Assembly: GCF_036321535.1 (NCBI RefSeq)
Contig: NC_087436.1
Span: 35,404,001-35,468,000 of the forward strand
DNA: 64,000 nucleotides
Source of the DNA: Camelus dromedarius
Taxonomy: Eukaryota
Direction of reading: 5' to 3'
Part shown: positions 1 through 12,770 of the stretch, one piece after another
How the letters are laid out: every line of letters begins with the position of its first letter
Position numbering within the stretch: the first letter of the stretch is position 1
Translations under genes and position numbers: made by a program
The notes under the pieces: model-generated
What the model was told of the DNA's origin: nothing
The model's input: only the letters and a program-made list of their open reading frames with translations
Databases searched by the model: none

Positions 1-381
1 CCTTTTACAGTTCCTGAAATAAAATAAAATAAAGGAAAAGAAAGAAAATAAAATCTAACAAAGTATTGTCTGACTCAGAGCCTCTGAAGAAGTTCTTCCC
101 TCCACCAAAAAAACTTTTCCTCCCAATTTGCCACACTAGTTATGATTTATCATCATTAGAAATCAATAAATGTCAGTTTCTTCCCTGATTCATCTAACCT
201 AAATGAAGTTTTCTTTTAATTCTCTCTTGTGGGGCTCCTAATCCTTTTCTTTTTTCCATTACTTATCACAACTTGTAACTGTTTGTCACTTACATGTTTA
301 CTTATATCATGATACTCAATACCCGTTCCCAGATCTTCTATCCAAGTAGAGTAGAAGCTCCATTAAAAAGGCATCATTTTA

Positions 382-605
382 TAATATATATAAAATAGAT
401 AAGCAACAAATTTATACTGTATAGCACAGGGAAATATATTCAATATCTTGTAGTAACTTACGATAAAAAAGAATATGAAAACAAATATATGTATGTTCAT
501 GTATGACTGAAGCATTGTGCTGAACACCAGAAATTGACACAACATTGTAAACTGACTACACTTCAATAAATATTTATATATATATATATATGTATACCCC
601 AAAAT
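382..605 (+). mobile_element. 5'-truncated L1 3' end (cetartiodactyl/camelid type) with 15-bp TSD
   Basis: L1 3'UTR motif (tatataaaatagataagcaacaa...ctgtatagcacagggaaatatattcaatatcttgta...gactacacttcaataaa). Perfect direct repeat aaaggcatcatttta at 367-381 and 606-620, beside a TTAAAA endonuclease-like site. Confidence 0.9.
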
Positions 606-1001
606 AAAGGCATCATTTTAGGTGTGATTTACCATTGTGGACCCAATACCCAGTGTACCATCTGAAGGTAAGATGGTATGCAACAAACATTGGTTGAATA
701 AATCACTTTACATATCCTGAAATCCTTTTTCATATTCTGAAGCATAAAAGTACATGATTTCTTTAAGTGGTTTATTATGATTCCTGTTTTCATTAAAATC
801 TAAGCCAGAATTATTACTTGCAATTAAAGGGAGAAAATATTTCTTGAGTATCAAACTCTCTGTCAAAGTAAGTTTAGCATGTTGATTTGATGAGCAATAT
901 TCTTTTTATATTCAGCTTCAATTTCCCAAGCATCTGGGCATCCAGCAGAAAGTCTTTAAAGTTATAACAATACATTTCCTTCTGCAGCTCTGGAAAGCAG
1001 A

Positions 1002-1003
<2 letters not shown>

Positions 1004-1044
<41 letters not shown>
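1004..1044. repeat. (CA)n microsatellite, ~20 units
   Basis: Directly visible. Confidence 0.98.
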
Positions 1045-1045
<1 letters not shown>

Positions 1046-1242
1046 CTCTCTAAGTATGAAGGTTGGCATTCCACTTGGTTGTTAGTCTTACAGCCACAGA
1101 AAATGGAAATGAAGGGCCACAGAGAAGAAAGTGAAAGTAGGTAAGGAAGGTAAATGCTAGATTCCATTTCAGCTATTCCTGAATCATATTAAATTATGGA
1201 ACCAGAGTAGCTGAATCTCATCGAAAGCTAGGAATTATATAG

Positions 1243-1765
1243 TGTGGCAGATCGGATTTTCCAAAAATCGATCCTGTCTTCCATTCTCATTTATAACGTG
1301 ACCTTTACTCTGATCAAAAAGTGGGGTCTATGAACCGCTTCATTAAATAAGGGTGGGCTTCACACTCACTTGGAACCAACAGAATGAGACCCACGATAAG
1401 CTGCATTACTTGCGAGGCTAGGTCAGAAAAGGTCGTCCCGTTTCTACATACATTCATATTACAACCCGGCCACAGAAGGAAAGTGATGAAAATGAGGTAA
1501 AGATCATCTCCCGGGTTCTCACATTTTTCTTTTTCTTCTATAACATGTTCTTGGCTAAAGAGATGAAACTTTCCCCCCCTTTCTCCATCATCACTTTCCA
1601 GATTTCATCATTTCAAAGCAGCCTTGCCTTTGAGTCTTCCCAGCTGAGGCCCCAGGCAGTATGGAGCAGAGTCAAGCCTTCCAAATTCCTGACCCACACA
1701 ATTCATGAGCATAATAAAATGGTTGTCGTCTTACATCGCTAAATAAGGGGTGGTTTATTAGACAG
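1243..1765 (+). mobile_element. Degraded MaLR LTR (MLT1-type)
   Basis: MLT1-like motifs gaggctaggtcagaaaagg and cccagctgaggcccc...aaattcctgacccaca...aataaaatggttgt. Confidence 0.65.
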
Positions 1766-2989
1766 ACAAATTTTACTGTTTAGCATGACATACAAATCTC
1801 TTATGATTTAAATTACCTTTATAGTGCCATTTATTTTTTAGCCAAACTCACCTTGGTCATAAAAAGTCAAAGTTATCGTACTTGTTCTTTGGTTGAGACT
1901 TCTGTTTTCATCTCTGCAGCATCATCTAACTTGAGCTTGCTCCTCACAAGAGATGGCGTCTAACCCAAAAACTCAGCTCCAAAGTTAGGGGCTGCTGCCT
2001 GTGGGCACGTATCACGGAGTGATAACTATGCGTTTTTCTGATTTAAGTACTTTTCAGATTTATCCTCTGTGCACTACTGGAGACCATACTTTTCACTCCA
2101 GAAAATCTTAGGGCTAACATCTCGCTGAAATAAAACTAGGCTTGCTCAGCTTAGAGGGTATTGATTCTGGTCTGTTTAGCTAAACTTTTCCTTTCTGGAT
2201 GGGTGGTGCTTCCTTGCCTTACATGACTCATTTTTCCATAATATCTAAAGTATTTTAAGTTTAGTAGGCTGTCATAGGTGACACGGCTCATACGGGGATT
2301 ACAGAGCAGAAGCAAACCTGTACACTGAGCCTCCCTTCTTTTCAGGTCCCTCCCAGTGGCCAACTCTGCTCAGAACTACTCCAACCCACCTTGTTCAGCA
2401 GGTTCCTCAGCCCTTCTAATTGGAACCTTGCCTGAACATGACAACCAGTTCCTATGTCCTTCTCTCCAGCCCTGGCGTCTGCAGTTTTGCCTAGTTGGAT
2501 TACTTGATATATTTATCCATCCACTTACGAAAGTAAGAAAACCATCTTGTTTCTTTAACAGATGTGGATTTGCTTACGATCACTAGATCTGTTTCTTTAT
2601 CTGTGAAAGAGTTAGACTAGATATGCCATAGTTTCTACCTCGATAGAACTCATGCACTTGGAGTTCTGAGCCAGCAAGCACGCTGAGGCTACCACGCTGT
2701 TCTAAAGCCAAGCCACATGGAGAGACCAATTAACAGGCGCTCTGGTTGCCCGTCTTGGTTTTCCAGTCCTCCCTACCCAGAGACCAAATATTTGAATGAA
2801 CAAGCCTTCAGATGATTCCAGCTTCTACTCCTCAAGGCAGTCCTAAAAATTGAATCTGATCATGACTCTCAATTTTTTCTGTTGAATAACCTTAACCTTT
2901 AGGATTTTCCAATGATATGTGCTCTAGAGTCATGTAGAATTATAAGCATACCAAACACAAAATTATCTGTACCATATTAAACTTGCACT

Positions 2990-3124
2990 GGGGGAGGGTA
3001 TAGCTCAGTGGTAAAGTGCGTGCCTTGCATGCACAAGGTCCTGGGTTCAATCCCCAGTATCTCTGTTAATAAATAAATAAATAAATAAACACAATTACTG
3101 CCCCCCCCCAAAGACCTGATGAAA
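2990..3124 (+). mobile_element. tRNA-derived SINE, camelid Vic-1-like
   Basis: ggggagggtatagctcagtggta (A box)...gggttcaatcccc (B box), (aaat)n tail, TSD taaacttgca at 2978-2987 and 3125-3134. Confidence 0.85.
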
Positions 3125-3573
3125 TAAACTTGCAGTCAGCATCGTATTCAATTTGCAGGTGAATTTTTTGCATGGGTTCTGTCTTTGTGCATGTAACTTG
3201 CACTTTAGTAGCAATAAATAAAGCCATAAACATGCAATGAATAATTTTTCATTAGTTGTTATTGGAATCATGGCTTAAAGTTACTTCATTTTTAATTATC
3301 CATTGAATTTTTTATTTATAATCATTCTTAAAATTCTCCACCCAGTCAGGTTGAGACATGCCTCATGTAAAGGGCTAAACTCAGGCAAGACAGAATCAAT
3401 TATCTGTTCAGTTTCAAACTCCAAAAACAATCTTTTGAAGCTCATTTTAGGTATAAAAAATGTGAAAGATATGACTTCCAGCTGTAAGAGTCAGATTTTG
3501 TTGAGAGGAAAAAAAATAGGATAGAGACTTGTATTAATCATGTTTCTATTTAATTTCCTATAATTAATGATGC

Positions 3574-4112
3574 TGTGAAATTTGGGTCCTTGCAGATACT
3601 GGAGAGGCTGCCCCTCCCAGGATTAGCTAATTCCTAGAGATAACAAATGACTTCTCTAAGGTGTGGTTTTCATGTGCAAACTGACCAATCCAGAGTCCAT
3701 ACTCTCCTACTACCTCCTTTATCAAGCTCTCATAGGTTGAGCCACTATCCCTCTGCCCTAGAATCACCTCAGGGCCAGGTATCAGGCAACTAGGGGTGAT
3801 CCCTACACCCCAGAAATAGTCACACACTCTGTGGAAATAGTCACACCAGCCAATCCTAAACCTGTTTGGCCTGCTTAGCCTGCCTTGCCCATTGCTTCCA
3901 TGAAAACCTTACTTAAAGCTTTCGTCCATGCTTCCCCTTGTTCCTCTGCCTCCTGACCGACCCGGGTTCTTCCCCATGTGGCCCCATGTGTGATGGCATG
4001 CCTCTTGTTTCTAAGGATCTGTGAATATGAACTTACTCCTTCAGGACAATCATTTCCATGTCTGTGTGTCTTACTATGTCTGATAGAAACAAATTATAGG
4101 CACTTTTTAGAA
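3574..4112 (+). mobile_element. Old ERVL-class LTR (MER54/MER73/MER74-like)
   Basis: Motifs gctaattcctagagataacaaatgactt, aactgaccaatccagag and cagggccaggtatcaggcaactaggg recalled from this LTR group. Confidence 0.55.
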
Positions 4113-4777
4113 CAAGATTCTAGAGGTCATACTTTGGGGAACTGATCACAGAGTTTCTACTCTGTACCACAAAAAGTGGACAGGTTCCTTTCTCAAGTCC
4201 CACTTGAACCTCTCCAGGCAGTTCTTAATGCTTCTCATAACTACTTCCCAAGCAAAAGGGAAGAAATAGTATGGATAACTGGGGAACCCAGTCCACTTGG
4301 ACACATTTTGAGTGATTTGGAGCACTCAACTTTAAACAAAAAGAGACCCTTGTTCTGTGGTTTTCAGAGCAAAGCATAGTTTTTCCTTCCCACACGTGGC
4401 TTTTGGCCCTTATCTTCCTTGGGGGCTTGTTTTGGTTCATGAATCCCTCCCATAATTCTCTTTTGCTCAAGTGATTAGTCAACCTTCAAAAACAATTTTA
4501 CAGACATCAAGATGAAAACAAAATAAAATTCATTTGTGTTTGAGTTTGTGATAAGTAAGTCTTTTAAAGCATGGGACTCTGAGCAGAGCCCCTCTTGTCT
4601 GGGACTCGAGGAGGCATTGGCTCTATTAGATATTGAGTCTTATGATAAATCTGTAGCATTGAAGACAATATAGTATTGCCGAAATGATGGAATTTAACTC
4701 AAAATCCAGAAACAGACCAGGGCATTTATAAAAAACTTGATTTTTGACACAGAAGTAATTTAAAATGGGTGAGAAAA

Positions 4778-4919
4778 CCCACAGCAAAAAAAAAAAAAAA
4801 AATGTGACAATGAATATATGTATGTTCATATATAACTGAAAAACTGTGCTCTACACAGGAATTTGACACAACAGTGTAAAATGACTATAACTCAATAAAA
4901 AAAAGGTTAAATAAATAAA
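4778..4919 (+). mobile_element. Short L1 3' end with 17-bp TSD
   Basis: L1 tail (gaatatatgtatgttcatatataactgaaaaactgtgct...gactataactcaataaaaaaa). Direct repeat taaaatgggtgagaaaa at 4761-4777 and 4920-4936. Confidence 0.9.
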
Positions 4920-5171
4920 TAAAATGGGTGAGAAAAGGCTGTGCATTCAATAAATGGTCCTGCAACAGTTGCTTATTCCCACGGAAGAAGCCTAGACCTG
5001 GCTGCCACAACTTGCACAATGTCTCTTCTGCTGCATTTTGTTAATCAAAGCAAGTCACAAAGCCAGCTCCTGTTCAGCAGAGTGGAGCAATAGTCTCCAC
5101 CTTTGAGAGAGGGGCAACAGTGCCACGTGAAGAAGCGGCAGGGACAGAGAGAGACCTGAGTCATTAAGGGA

Positions 5172-5355
5172 AGAGCTGCCAGATTTAGCAAACCAAAATA
5201 CAGGAAACCCAGTTAAATCTGAATTTCAGAAAAATAATGTTTTAGCATAGTTAGGTCCCAAATATTGCATAGGACATACATATACTAAAAAAAACTCCTT
5301 TTTTATCTGATTTCAAATTTAAGATGGGCATCCTGTATTTTATCCTGTAGCACTA
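5172..5355. mobile_element. MER53-like palindromic hAT MITE
   Basis: gctgccagatttagcaaaccaaaatacaggaaacccagttaaatctgaatttcag...aaatttaagatgggcatcctgtatttt; internal inverted symmetry. Confidence 0.8.
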
Positions 5356-6309
5356 ATTAATGGCCATTATTGAAATGTTTACCACAAACATGGGCTTTTA
5401 ACTTGTACATAAAACAATCATAGCTTGATATAGGAAATATCAATCAATAAATATTTCTAAAAATATATGTACAAAGAAATGTTTTAAAGTGTAGGTTTCC
5501 AGGAGTTTTGAGCTCTTTATAAATATTAAGAGCTTAACAGTAGAGAATGGCGAGACCAGAAAAGTGATTTCTGTTCAGCAATGTCATTATCTTTAGGTGC
5601 ATGCTTCCTCCATTTATCAGTCTATTAAATGTACAAGCCAGATTTACCAACTCACTCACATTCATTCTCGTTCTCACATCTCTCCCCAGTACGTTGAAAG
5701 AATGAATTCAGTCACAAAGGTAGTGTTCCAGAGCTGCTGTGGTGAAAAGATATTTCCCAGCACTCTCCCGGTTTTTATATCCAAGGCCATTGTCCCTTAG
5801 GTCTCACCTTCCAGGCTGCAAAGGACCTGTTCTGATCTCACTAATGAGTGGGAAACCTCAGTGCCTCTGACAGGAGAGAGCTCCACAGGCCATCACACAG
5901 CAGACTTGTTCAGTGGAGCAGAACAGCTTCCCAGGAAGGCATGATAGATTTTATGACACTTCTAAAACCACCTTATTCTGGCAAGAATAATTTCACCTAA
6001 ATTTATTTTTATCTCCAATTTCTGTACATCTTACTTTCAGTCATGATTTTATTGAATTCCAGTAGGGTGTGTAATCGTGCACTGGGTTGGGGATACATGA
6101 GACCCTTGTCCTTAAGTAGATGAGAAAAACATCAGGAACAGAAATATAAATATATAAAGACAAGAACATAAGAGTCATCTTTCTAACAACTGAAGGAAAG
6201 GGATGGCTAATAGCCAAGAATCCTTGGTGAAGTCAGAGAATCATAAATGGAGGTTTAATGGAGGGGATCATGTGACAAGCTGAGCAGGAAGAAGAAAATT
6301 AGCAGAGAC

Positions 6310-6790
6310 TACCGGCTGTTCTGCAGGATTCAGTCTCCCATTTTCCCCTTAGTTATATAACCCTCAGGGTTTGCTGGGTATGTGGTCACTCGAATAAAGA
6401 CTACATTTCCCAGACTCCATTGCAGCTAGGTGTGGATCTGTGGTTAAGTTTCACCCAATAGAATGTAAATGTGAAAACACCATGTGTAGTTTCCTGGAAA
6501 CATCCTTAGCAGGAAAGGGCCTGCCTTTCTTCAGCCTTTCCTACTTCTTGCTGGCTGGAATGCTGACAAGATGGCAGCAACAAAAATAGCTCTCTTGAGA
6601 TGCGAGGTAGAAGCATGAAGTAGAATGCTGAGGGTGAAGGAACAGCAAGACCAGAGGAGTCTTGGTGTCTGATGCCACACAATGCCATATTGCTTACCTC
6701 AAGTGCTTACCCCCAAATTTCATTTCCATAATTCAGAAATGCATATCTGTCCTATTGAAACCCCACTTCAGGGATTTTCTATAAAATAAA
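6310..6790 (+). mobile_element. MaLR LTR (MLT1J-like)
   Basis: tacatttcccagactccattgcagctaggtgtgg...ttaagtttcacccaatagaatgtaa motif. Confidence 0.7.
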
Positions 6791-8189
6791 ATAGTATCTA
6801 CTCATAAGAGATAAATAACTTAATGGCAAAATCAACTGCTTAATAGGAAATCAAAACTATGGTTACCAGAATACATTTCCCTAAAAGGAGTGATCTTGTA
6901 ATAGAGTCAGAAGCTTGTTATTCCCCAGGGTCATTCAGGCAGGTTTCCAATTGAAGAGCAAGGCAATGGGGAAAATATTTGAGACCAACTCTAAATGAGC
7001 CTGTCATTGAAAAGATTTATTTTCAAGAAGAGATCACAGGGTCAAAAAAGAAAAATAAGGATCGCTTGCATTGAAATAGCTCCAGCCAATTCCTACCAAA
7101 CCGGGCTGAAAATAAGTACAAGTCAAAGTTGCAGTGAAATTAAATATAACTCTGGCCAATCTCTCTTAGTCCTTAAAGATGGCTGTAATTGAGTTGTGGA
7201 ATAGCCGGCAAAACATCTTACATGGCACACCATTTTCTTGACTATCAGTCTGCACAATTATTAGATAATTAAATTATGGTACTTTTAACCCAACTTAATT
7301 TCCTGGCAATTTAACTTGTTCTTTCTTTCCCCAACTGACAAAGCCCCAAATAAGCATGTAAAATTGAGCATTACTTAGCCATTTGAACAAATATCAGTAT
7401 TTATTTCAAATGTAGTTAATTCACAGAAATTCTATTACCATTATCAAGCCATTGACAGTATCTTCCACTCAAATAATTTGAAAAAGTAGAGAGTAGATAT
7501 TCCTTAATTTTTGTTAATTCTTTTTGATTTCTTGCTGTTAAAGTAGCATTTGTTTACTAGGCTGAGATTTTAAACTTCTTAGATAGCATCATATATTTTT
7601 CCCTATAATTTCTATCAGTATTTTTCCATAAAGAATTTTACAGGCAACTGGAAACTTTCACTCTAACACTTCGTGTTACAACTTTTATGTCAGGAAAGAT
7701 ATTTTGGGACTCCTTTTGAGACCTTTCAGGGGGAGGCTAGTGATGGCTGTCCCAGCAAACCATAGGGCAGGATGGAAGCTGATTATGGTCTTCACACTTC
7801 CTCCCATGTGAAGTGAGCAAGGCGGGCCACACTGACTCTGCTTTGAGGGGGACAGTGGCAAATCTCAGCTAGTTGCATAGAATCAATACAAGAAGACGTT
7901 GAAAACAGATCCACAAAGTAGATCCTACTGTATGTATATGATTTAAATATTCCCATCTTAATATGAAGTCTGGTATTAAAATCTGTTGAGCCTAACTTTT
8001 TGTTTAAAGGTGATAAGGCAAAATAATAAACCAAATGAACAAACAGAGGGCTCTAAGAAGCTCAAATATTTACATTTTTTTATATATCTATTTACACAAT
8101 TCCTAGCTCCTATCTGGAAAACAGCATCTCTGCTTTTTTACCATCTCAACATGCTCAAATCACTCTGGAGTAAGGGTCATCAATAATGG

Positions 8190-9380
8190 CTTAATCAAGA
8201 AATCCACCAGAAGTTTACCAGTCCTTGTTTAACATGACCTTTCTGTGGCCTCTGACAATGATGAATTATCCCTATTTCCAGAAAACTCTCCTCTCTCTTG
8301 GCTCCTGTATAACTATTTTCTCTTGGTTTACTTCGTCCCTCTCTGAGCAATCCTTCTAAGTCTGCTTTGCTGGAAGTCCCTGAAGTGTTAATGTTCCCCA
8401 GGGTCTTGATCATAGCATTGTCTTGCACTGCACTTTCCCGTGGTTCGAGCACTACTCATCTGTTAAAGAATTCCAATTCTTGATAGTATCAGCCTCAGCA
8501 CACACTCTCAAGATTCATTGCTATAATGTCTGCTATATTCTGGATATTTTTTTCATTTGAACACCCCAAAGGAACCAAATCTGTTTATAGTTCGACTTAC
8601 TTTCTAAATCTCCTCCCTCCCTCACCCCATCTTCATCCTGTGCTACTAAATCCTATATATTTTACAGGCTAAATATCCAAATCTATCGTTTCCTCTTTTC
8701 TCTGTTTTCACTGACTCTTATTCAGCAGTCAACTGGACCATTGCAAAAATTAAAAGAGGAAACAAACAAGCAAACAAACCCTTCTAAATAGCCCTCCTGC
8801 TTTTAATTTTGTCCCATTTCCATTGTACAAAAGCTTATGTGGTTCTTCTAAAATATCTCACATAACCACTTCTCTAGTCAAAATCTTACAATGGCTTTCC
8901 TTCACCTGTAGGTCAACACCCATACCTTGCTGGTACAGGATGCCATTCATACTTTGAGCACCTTCATTTCTGGATTCATCTACCACTCTCCACATACTCA
9001 TCCATGCTTTAGCCTCCTTGAACACTTATGTTCACTGCATGAGCCACAATCTTTCTTTCCTCTGTGCCTTTGCACATGCTGATATCACTGACTGGAAAAT
9101 ACTTCCCTTTTTTTCTACTTGGAAAATTCCTCTTTTAAGACTCATGCACATATCCTTTCTCCTGTGACTATGTCACAGCTTCTTCTATGCGGTATTACAT
9201 ATCCCCTTTCTTATGTTCCTTTGCATTTAGTGCATGTTTTCACTGCAGCAATTTACACAGTGGTTTGGAAGCACTTCTTTACATGTACATGTTTGCTTTA
9301 TGAGGAGAGAAACCATGTCTTACTCGTTTTTCTATGACCAACACCCAGCACGGTGCCTGGTGCTCAAAAGATGTTTGTTT
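8190..9380 (+). mobile_element. L2 3' region remnant
   Basis: L2-type motifs (caatggctttcc, tgcctttgcacatgctg, cccagcacggtgcctgg...atgtttgt). Confidence 0.7.
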
Positions 9381-10547
9381 TGTTAATATTAAGCAGAGAA
9401 GGGGGTATGCAGATAAAAGACATATGGTCCTTGATTCCACAGAAATACATTAAAAATCTAAAGGGTTATCACAGAAAAAATAGAAATAGATTTGCTTTTA
9501 TTCTACCAGAGAGAAGAACTTGAAAAATTCACAAAGAATTGAATTCTTGTTTAATAAAATAAAGTACTAATTCCTGGAGTTATTCAACAACCAAACAGGA
9601 AGTCCCAAGAGTTAGTGGGTTTCCCATTACTAGATTCAAACTGAAACCAAGTGGCCTAATCAGCCAGAAGGTGGGCTGTCGTCAATACTTGCAGTAGATG
9701 AGGGTTGAGATCTCTATAAGTCTAATGTCATCCTGTGAAAAGAGACGTGTTTTGAATGATTCTGAAATAATTTTTTAGGAACTAAGATTATTGGCTATCT
9801 CTGCCTTAATTCTGTATTTTAAAATATTAAATATCAATTAAGTTCAGTGTATTTATAATAAGAGTTCACTGAAATTTCATAATTCCCCAGTATTCCGGTC
9901 ATGCAAAACTAGAGACATTGTAGTGGGGTGATTTGGGGAGAAAGCAATAACTACCTATCTGAGTTTGGATACTTAGGAAACATGGACACAGGAGTCAGAC
10001 AAATGGAGGTCCAATAGCACCTTTGTTACCAATAAAGAACAGCTTTGTTACCAGTAGGCCGCATTCTTCTGCAGGCCTAATAAATAACCCTGAATTAAAA
10101 ATACTCACCCTCCCAAAGAACAAGATGCAGACTTCCCTTGCTGTGCTGCCGGAGTGTGAAAAGCAGAGCAGGAGAAATATCATGAGGACCCAGAAAACAG
10201 TAAGCTAACACTAATGTGTTTCCTCCCATTTTCCACAGTCAGTGGAGGGAGTGAGGAAAGGGTGGGAGAGAAGATAGAAGTGCTTCTTCTACAAATTCTT
10301 CGGATTGCTGAGAGGAATTTTCCTCCTCTCTATGAAGAGGGATTGAAAAACAGCGAAAAAGAGCTGTAATATACTCAAGAGCGAGGCCGTCTTTCAGGTG
10401 CCTCTTAGTCTACGATTGGCTTTGCATATCAGAAAACGTCGTCTTGCTTCTTCGATATTTTGAAAGAATAGAAAGTCAGCAGCTATACTAGAGACTAACC
10501 TCTTTCCTTAGGATGAATTGTTTTACCGTTTGCACATGCACCCATAC

Positions 10548-10930
10548 AGTCAACAGACATTTATTAAATGCCTGCCGTGCTCCTGGTGCTTTTGTGCTAG
10601 AGGTCAAAGACAAATAAGCCCCTTTGTCCTTAAAGACTTCTAGCTGGAGAAATGGCCTATTAAATAATAGTAACAACAACAACAATAATAATAGTGTGAT
10701 ACACATGGTAACCGATGCAGGGATATTATGCTATGAAGGAGAAATTAATTACTGGAAGAAAGAAAAAGGAATATGGTAATGAAAATGGCAAAGATGTGGG
10801 GGAGTCCTGATACAGGCTTTGAAAAGTGAGGCAGAGCTCACCAGGAGAAAGTGGATGGGCACAGAGACACCCCTTGGAAAAGAATATCCATCAGCAAAGG
10901 CTCAAACATCTCAATGTGCAGAGCTCCAGG
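10548..10930 (-). mobile_element. L2 3' remnant
   Basis: caacagacatttattaaatgcctgccgtg...gtgctag is the reverse complement of the L2 3' end. Confidence 0.6.
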
Positions 10931-12534
10931 GAGCACTAAACTAAAAGGAAACCATGCTTGATATTTGTGAAATATTTTCACATTTAACTTAAAGTTTATT
11001 AAAGTAAGGGAACTTCTGCATAGTTTAATATGGTTACAAGGACCTAGATGTGAGCCATTTTGTACTAGTTAATAATAACCAAACGATTTAGGGTATTAGT
11101 CATTAACCATTAACAAATACCCGCTGGATCCCTCATCTTTGGTTGATTTCCAACAGTTATATCTCAGAGGCCTTGGCACTTGTTATTTGAATTTAAGCAT
11201 TTATGTCTGGAATATAAGGACCAAAGATATTTTGCTTCTGGGCCATTAAAATTTTTAGAATAATAAGCCATTCCCTCGCAGCCCCTCTCTTTGGTAGAAC
11301 GCCATTCAGGAATGTGTTCCCTATCAGAATTCATGAGGGAAATAAAGCAGTGCTCTTATTAAGGAAATCCATTTCCTCCAAAAGGATAAAGTATGACAAG
11401 GACTGTTTTTTCAACCTAATGTAAATTTCATAACATCAGCAGTGTGCTGTGCAAACTGCCAAATAGAAAGGCTCTCTCTCACGCCTGATCCGCAGAACAT
11501 ATGGGCTCAAAAGGACACAGATTCCGTGCACCTCAGGGAAGCACATCCTCCACCCTGCTCTCTAAGCTCTAAACCGGTGAACCTACTCCTATCTCTTGAA
11601 GGCTTAGTCTTTATTAGATACCTTCTTTCCAGACAGATAAAATGATGAGGGGTTTTGTTTTTTGGTGTTTTTCTTTTCCCTTTCCCGTCCCTTTCTCTTC
11701 ACAGATACAGCACCAGTGATTGAAAAGCCTGGCCTGCAAATCTGACAGTTCACTTATCTGGGTCTATCTCTAAGTACAAGGTCAACATTATCTCAGCCTG
11801 CATCCTGTGTAATTACAGTATTTGGCTGGCATTGCTGAACAGGGGCTGAAATCCATCAGGTTCTAGTTAATCTGCCTTGAGTAACCACAGCTGGTTGGCC
11901 GGAAGAAAATGATTATGAAATAAAGTTGTTGTGTCTTAATAATAAAGATTACTGATATGCAGGGCAAGATGGATCTCAGGTTAACCTTTTCCTATGTATG
12001 AAGGCTCTGTATAATGTGAGGCAAAAGGAATTTTTCTGTAAAGTCTTCTTGATTTCATATTTTGTGTCTCCTTTCTTTTCACTCTTACCGAATGTCCCAC
12101 TAGTCCTGAATTTTCATTACTCTTCAGTGAAACACATATATTAACCTTTTGGACGTTTTCCAAACAGACCAAACTAGAAATTTAATAGATATGAGATCAG
12201 CTTCCTTCTTTTTAATTAGTCTTCAAACTTAATCTTGTCTTGTTTTATTAAGAATCAGTTTATCTTGCTAATGTTGAGGCTATGAGTTACTCACACTACA
12301 GACAGAACAATGATGAATTTACAGGGTAATATTAGGTAGTATGTCTAGTGATGTGTGGCCTGGGGCAAGCAGTATAGTCAACACATGAAACAGACTTGCA
12401 GTTGGGCGAAAACTCCCCATCACTATCTGTACAACATGAACAACTCAAGCACACTTCCAATCCAATAATTTTGACCCCTTCCAATAATAAAAGATGATCA
12501 TAAAATGTTTTATCTGGCAACTGTGAAAAGCCTC

Positions 12535-12770
12535 AGGCAGTGGTACGGTGGTTAAGAGCATAGATTCCAGAGTCATACCCCGTTCTGCCACTCACTAGCT
12601 GTGTGACCTTGGGCAAATTACTTGACTTCTCTGTGCCTAAAATTTCTCAGATTTAACATGGAGATGATAATAATAATAGCTGTCTCATGTGGTTGTCTTT
12701 AGAATTAAATGAACTAACATATCAAAAGCACTTCAGACAGTGCCTAGCATTTAATAAGCACGGTAAGTGG
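12535..12770 (+). mobile_element. MIR SINE
   Basis: gtggttaagagcatag...ctgccactcactagctgtgtgaccttgggcaaattacttgacttctctgtgcct core. Confidence 0.9.

Noticed and set aside
2991..3064. Possible tRNA-Ala gene
   Set aside because: It has A/B boxes but also an (aaat)n tail, a TSD and a degenerate acceptor stem, so it is a SINE.
12514..12526. ctggcaactgtga, resembling the miR-216a 3' half
   Set aside because: Seed half is absent and there is no precursor hairpin.
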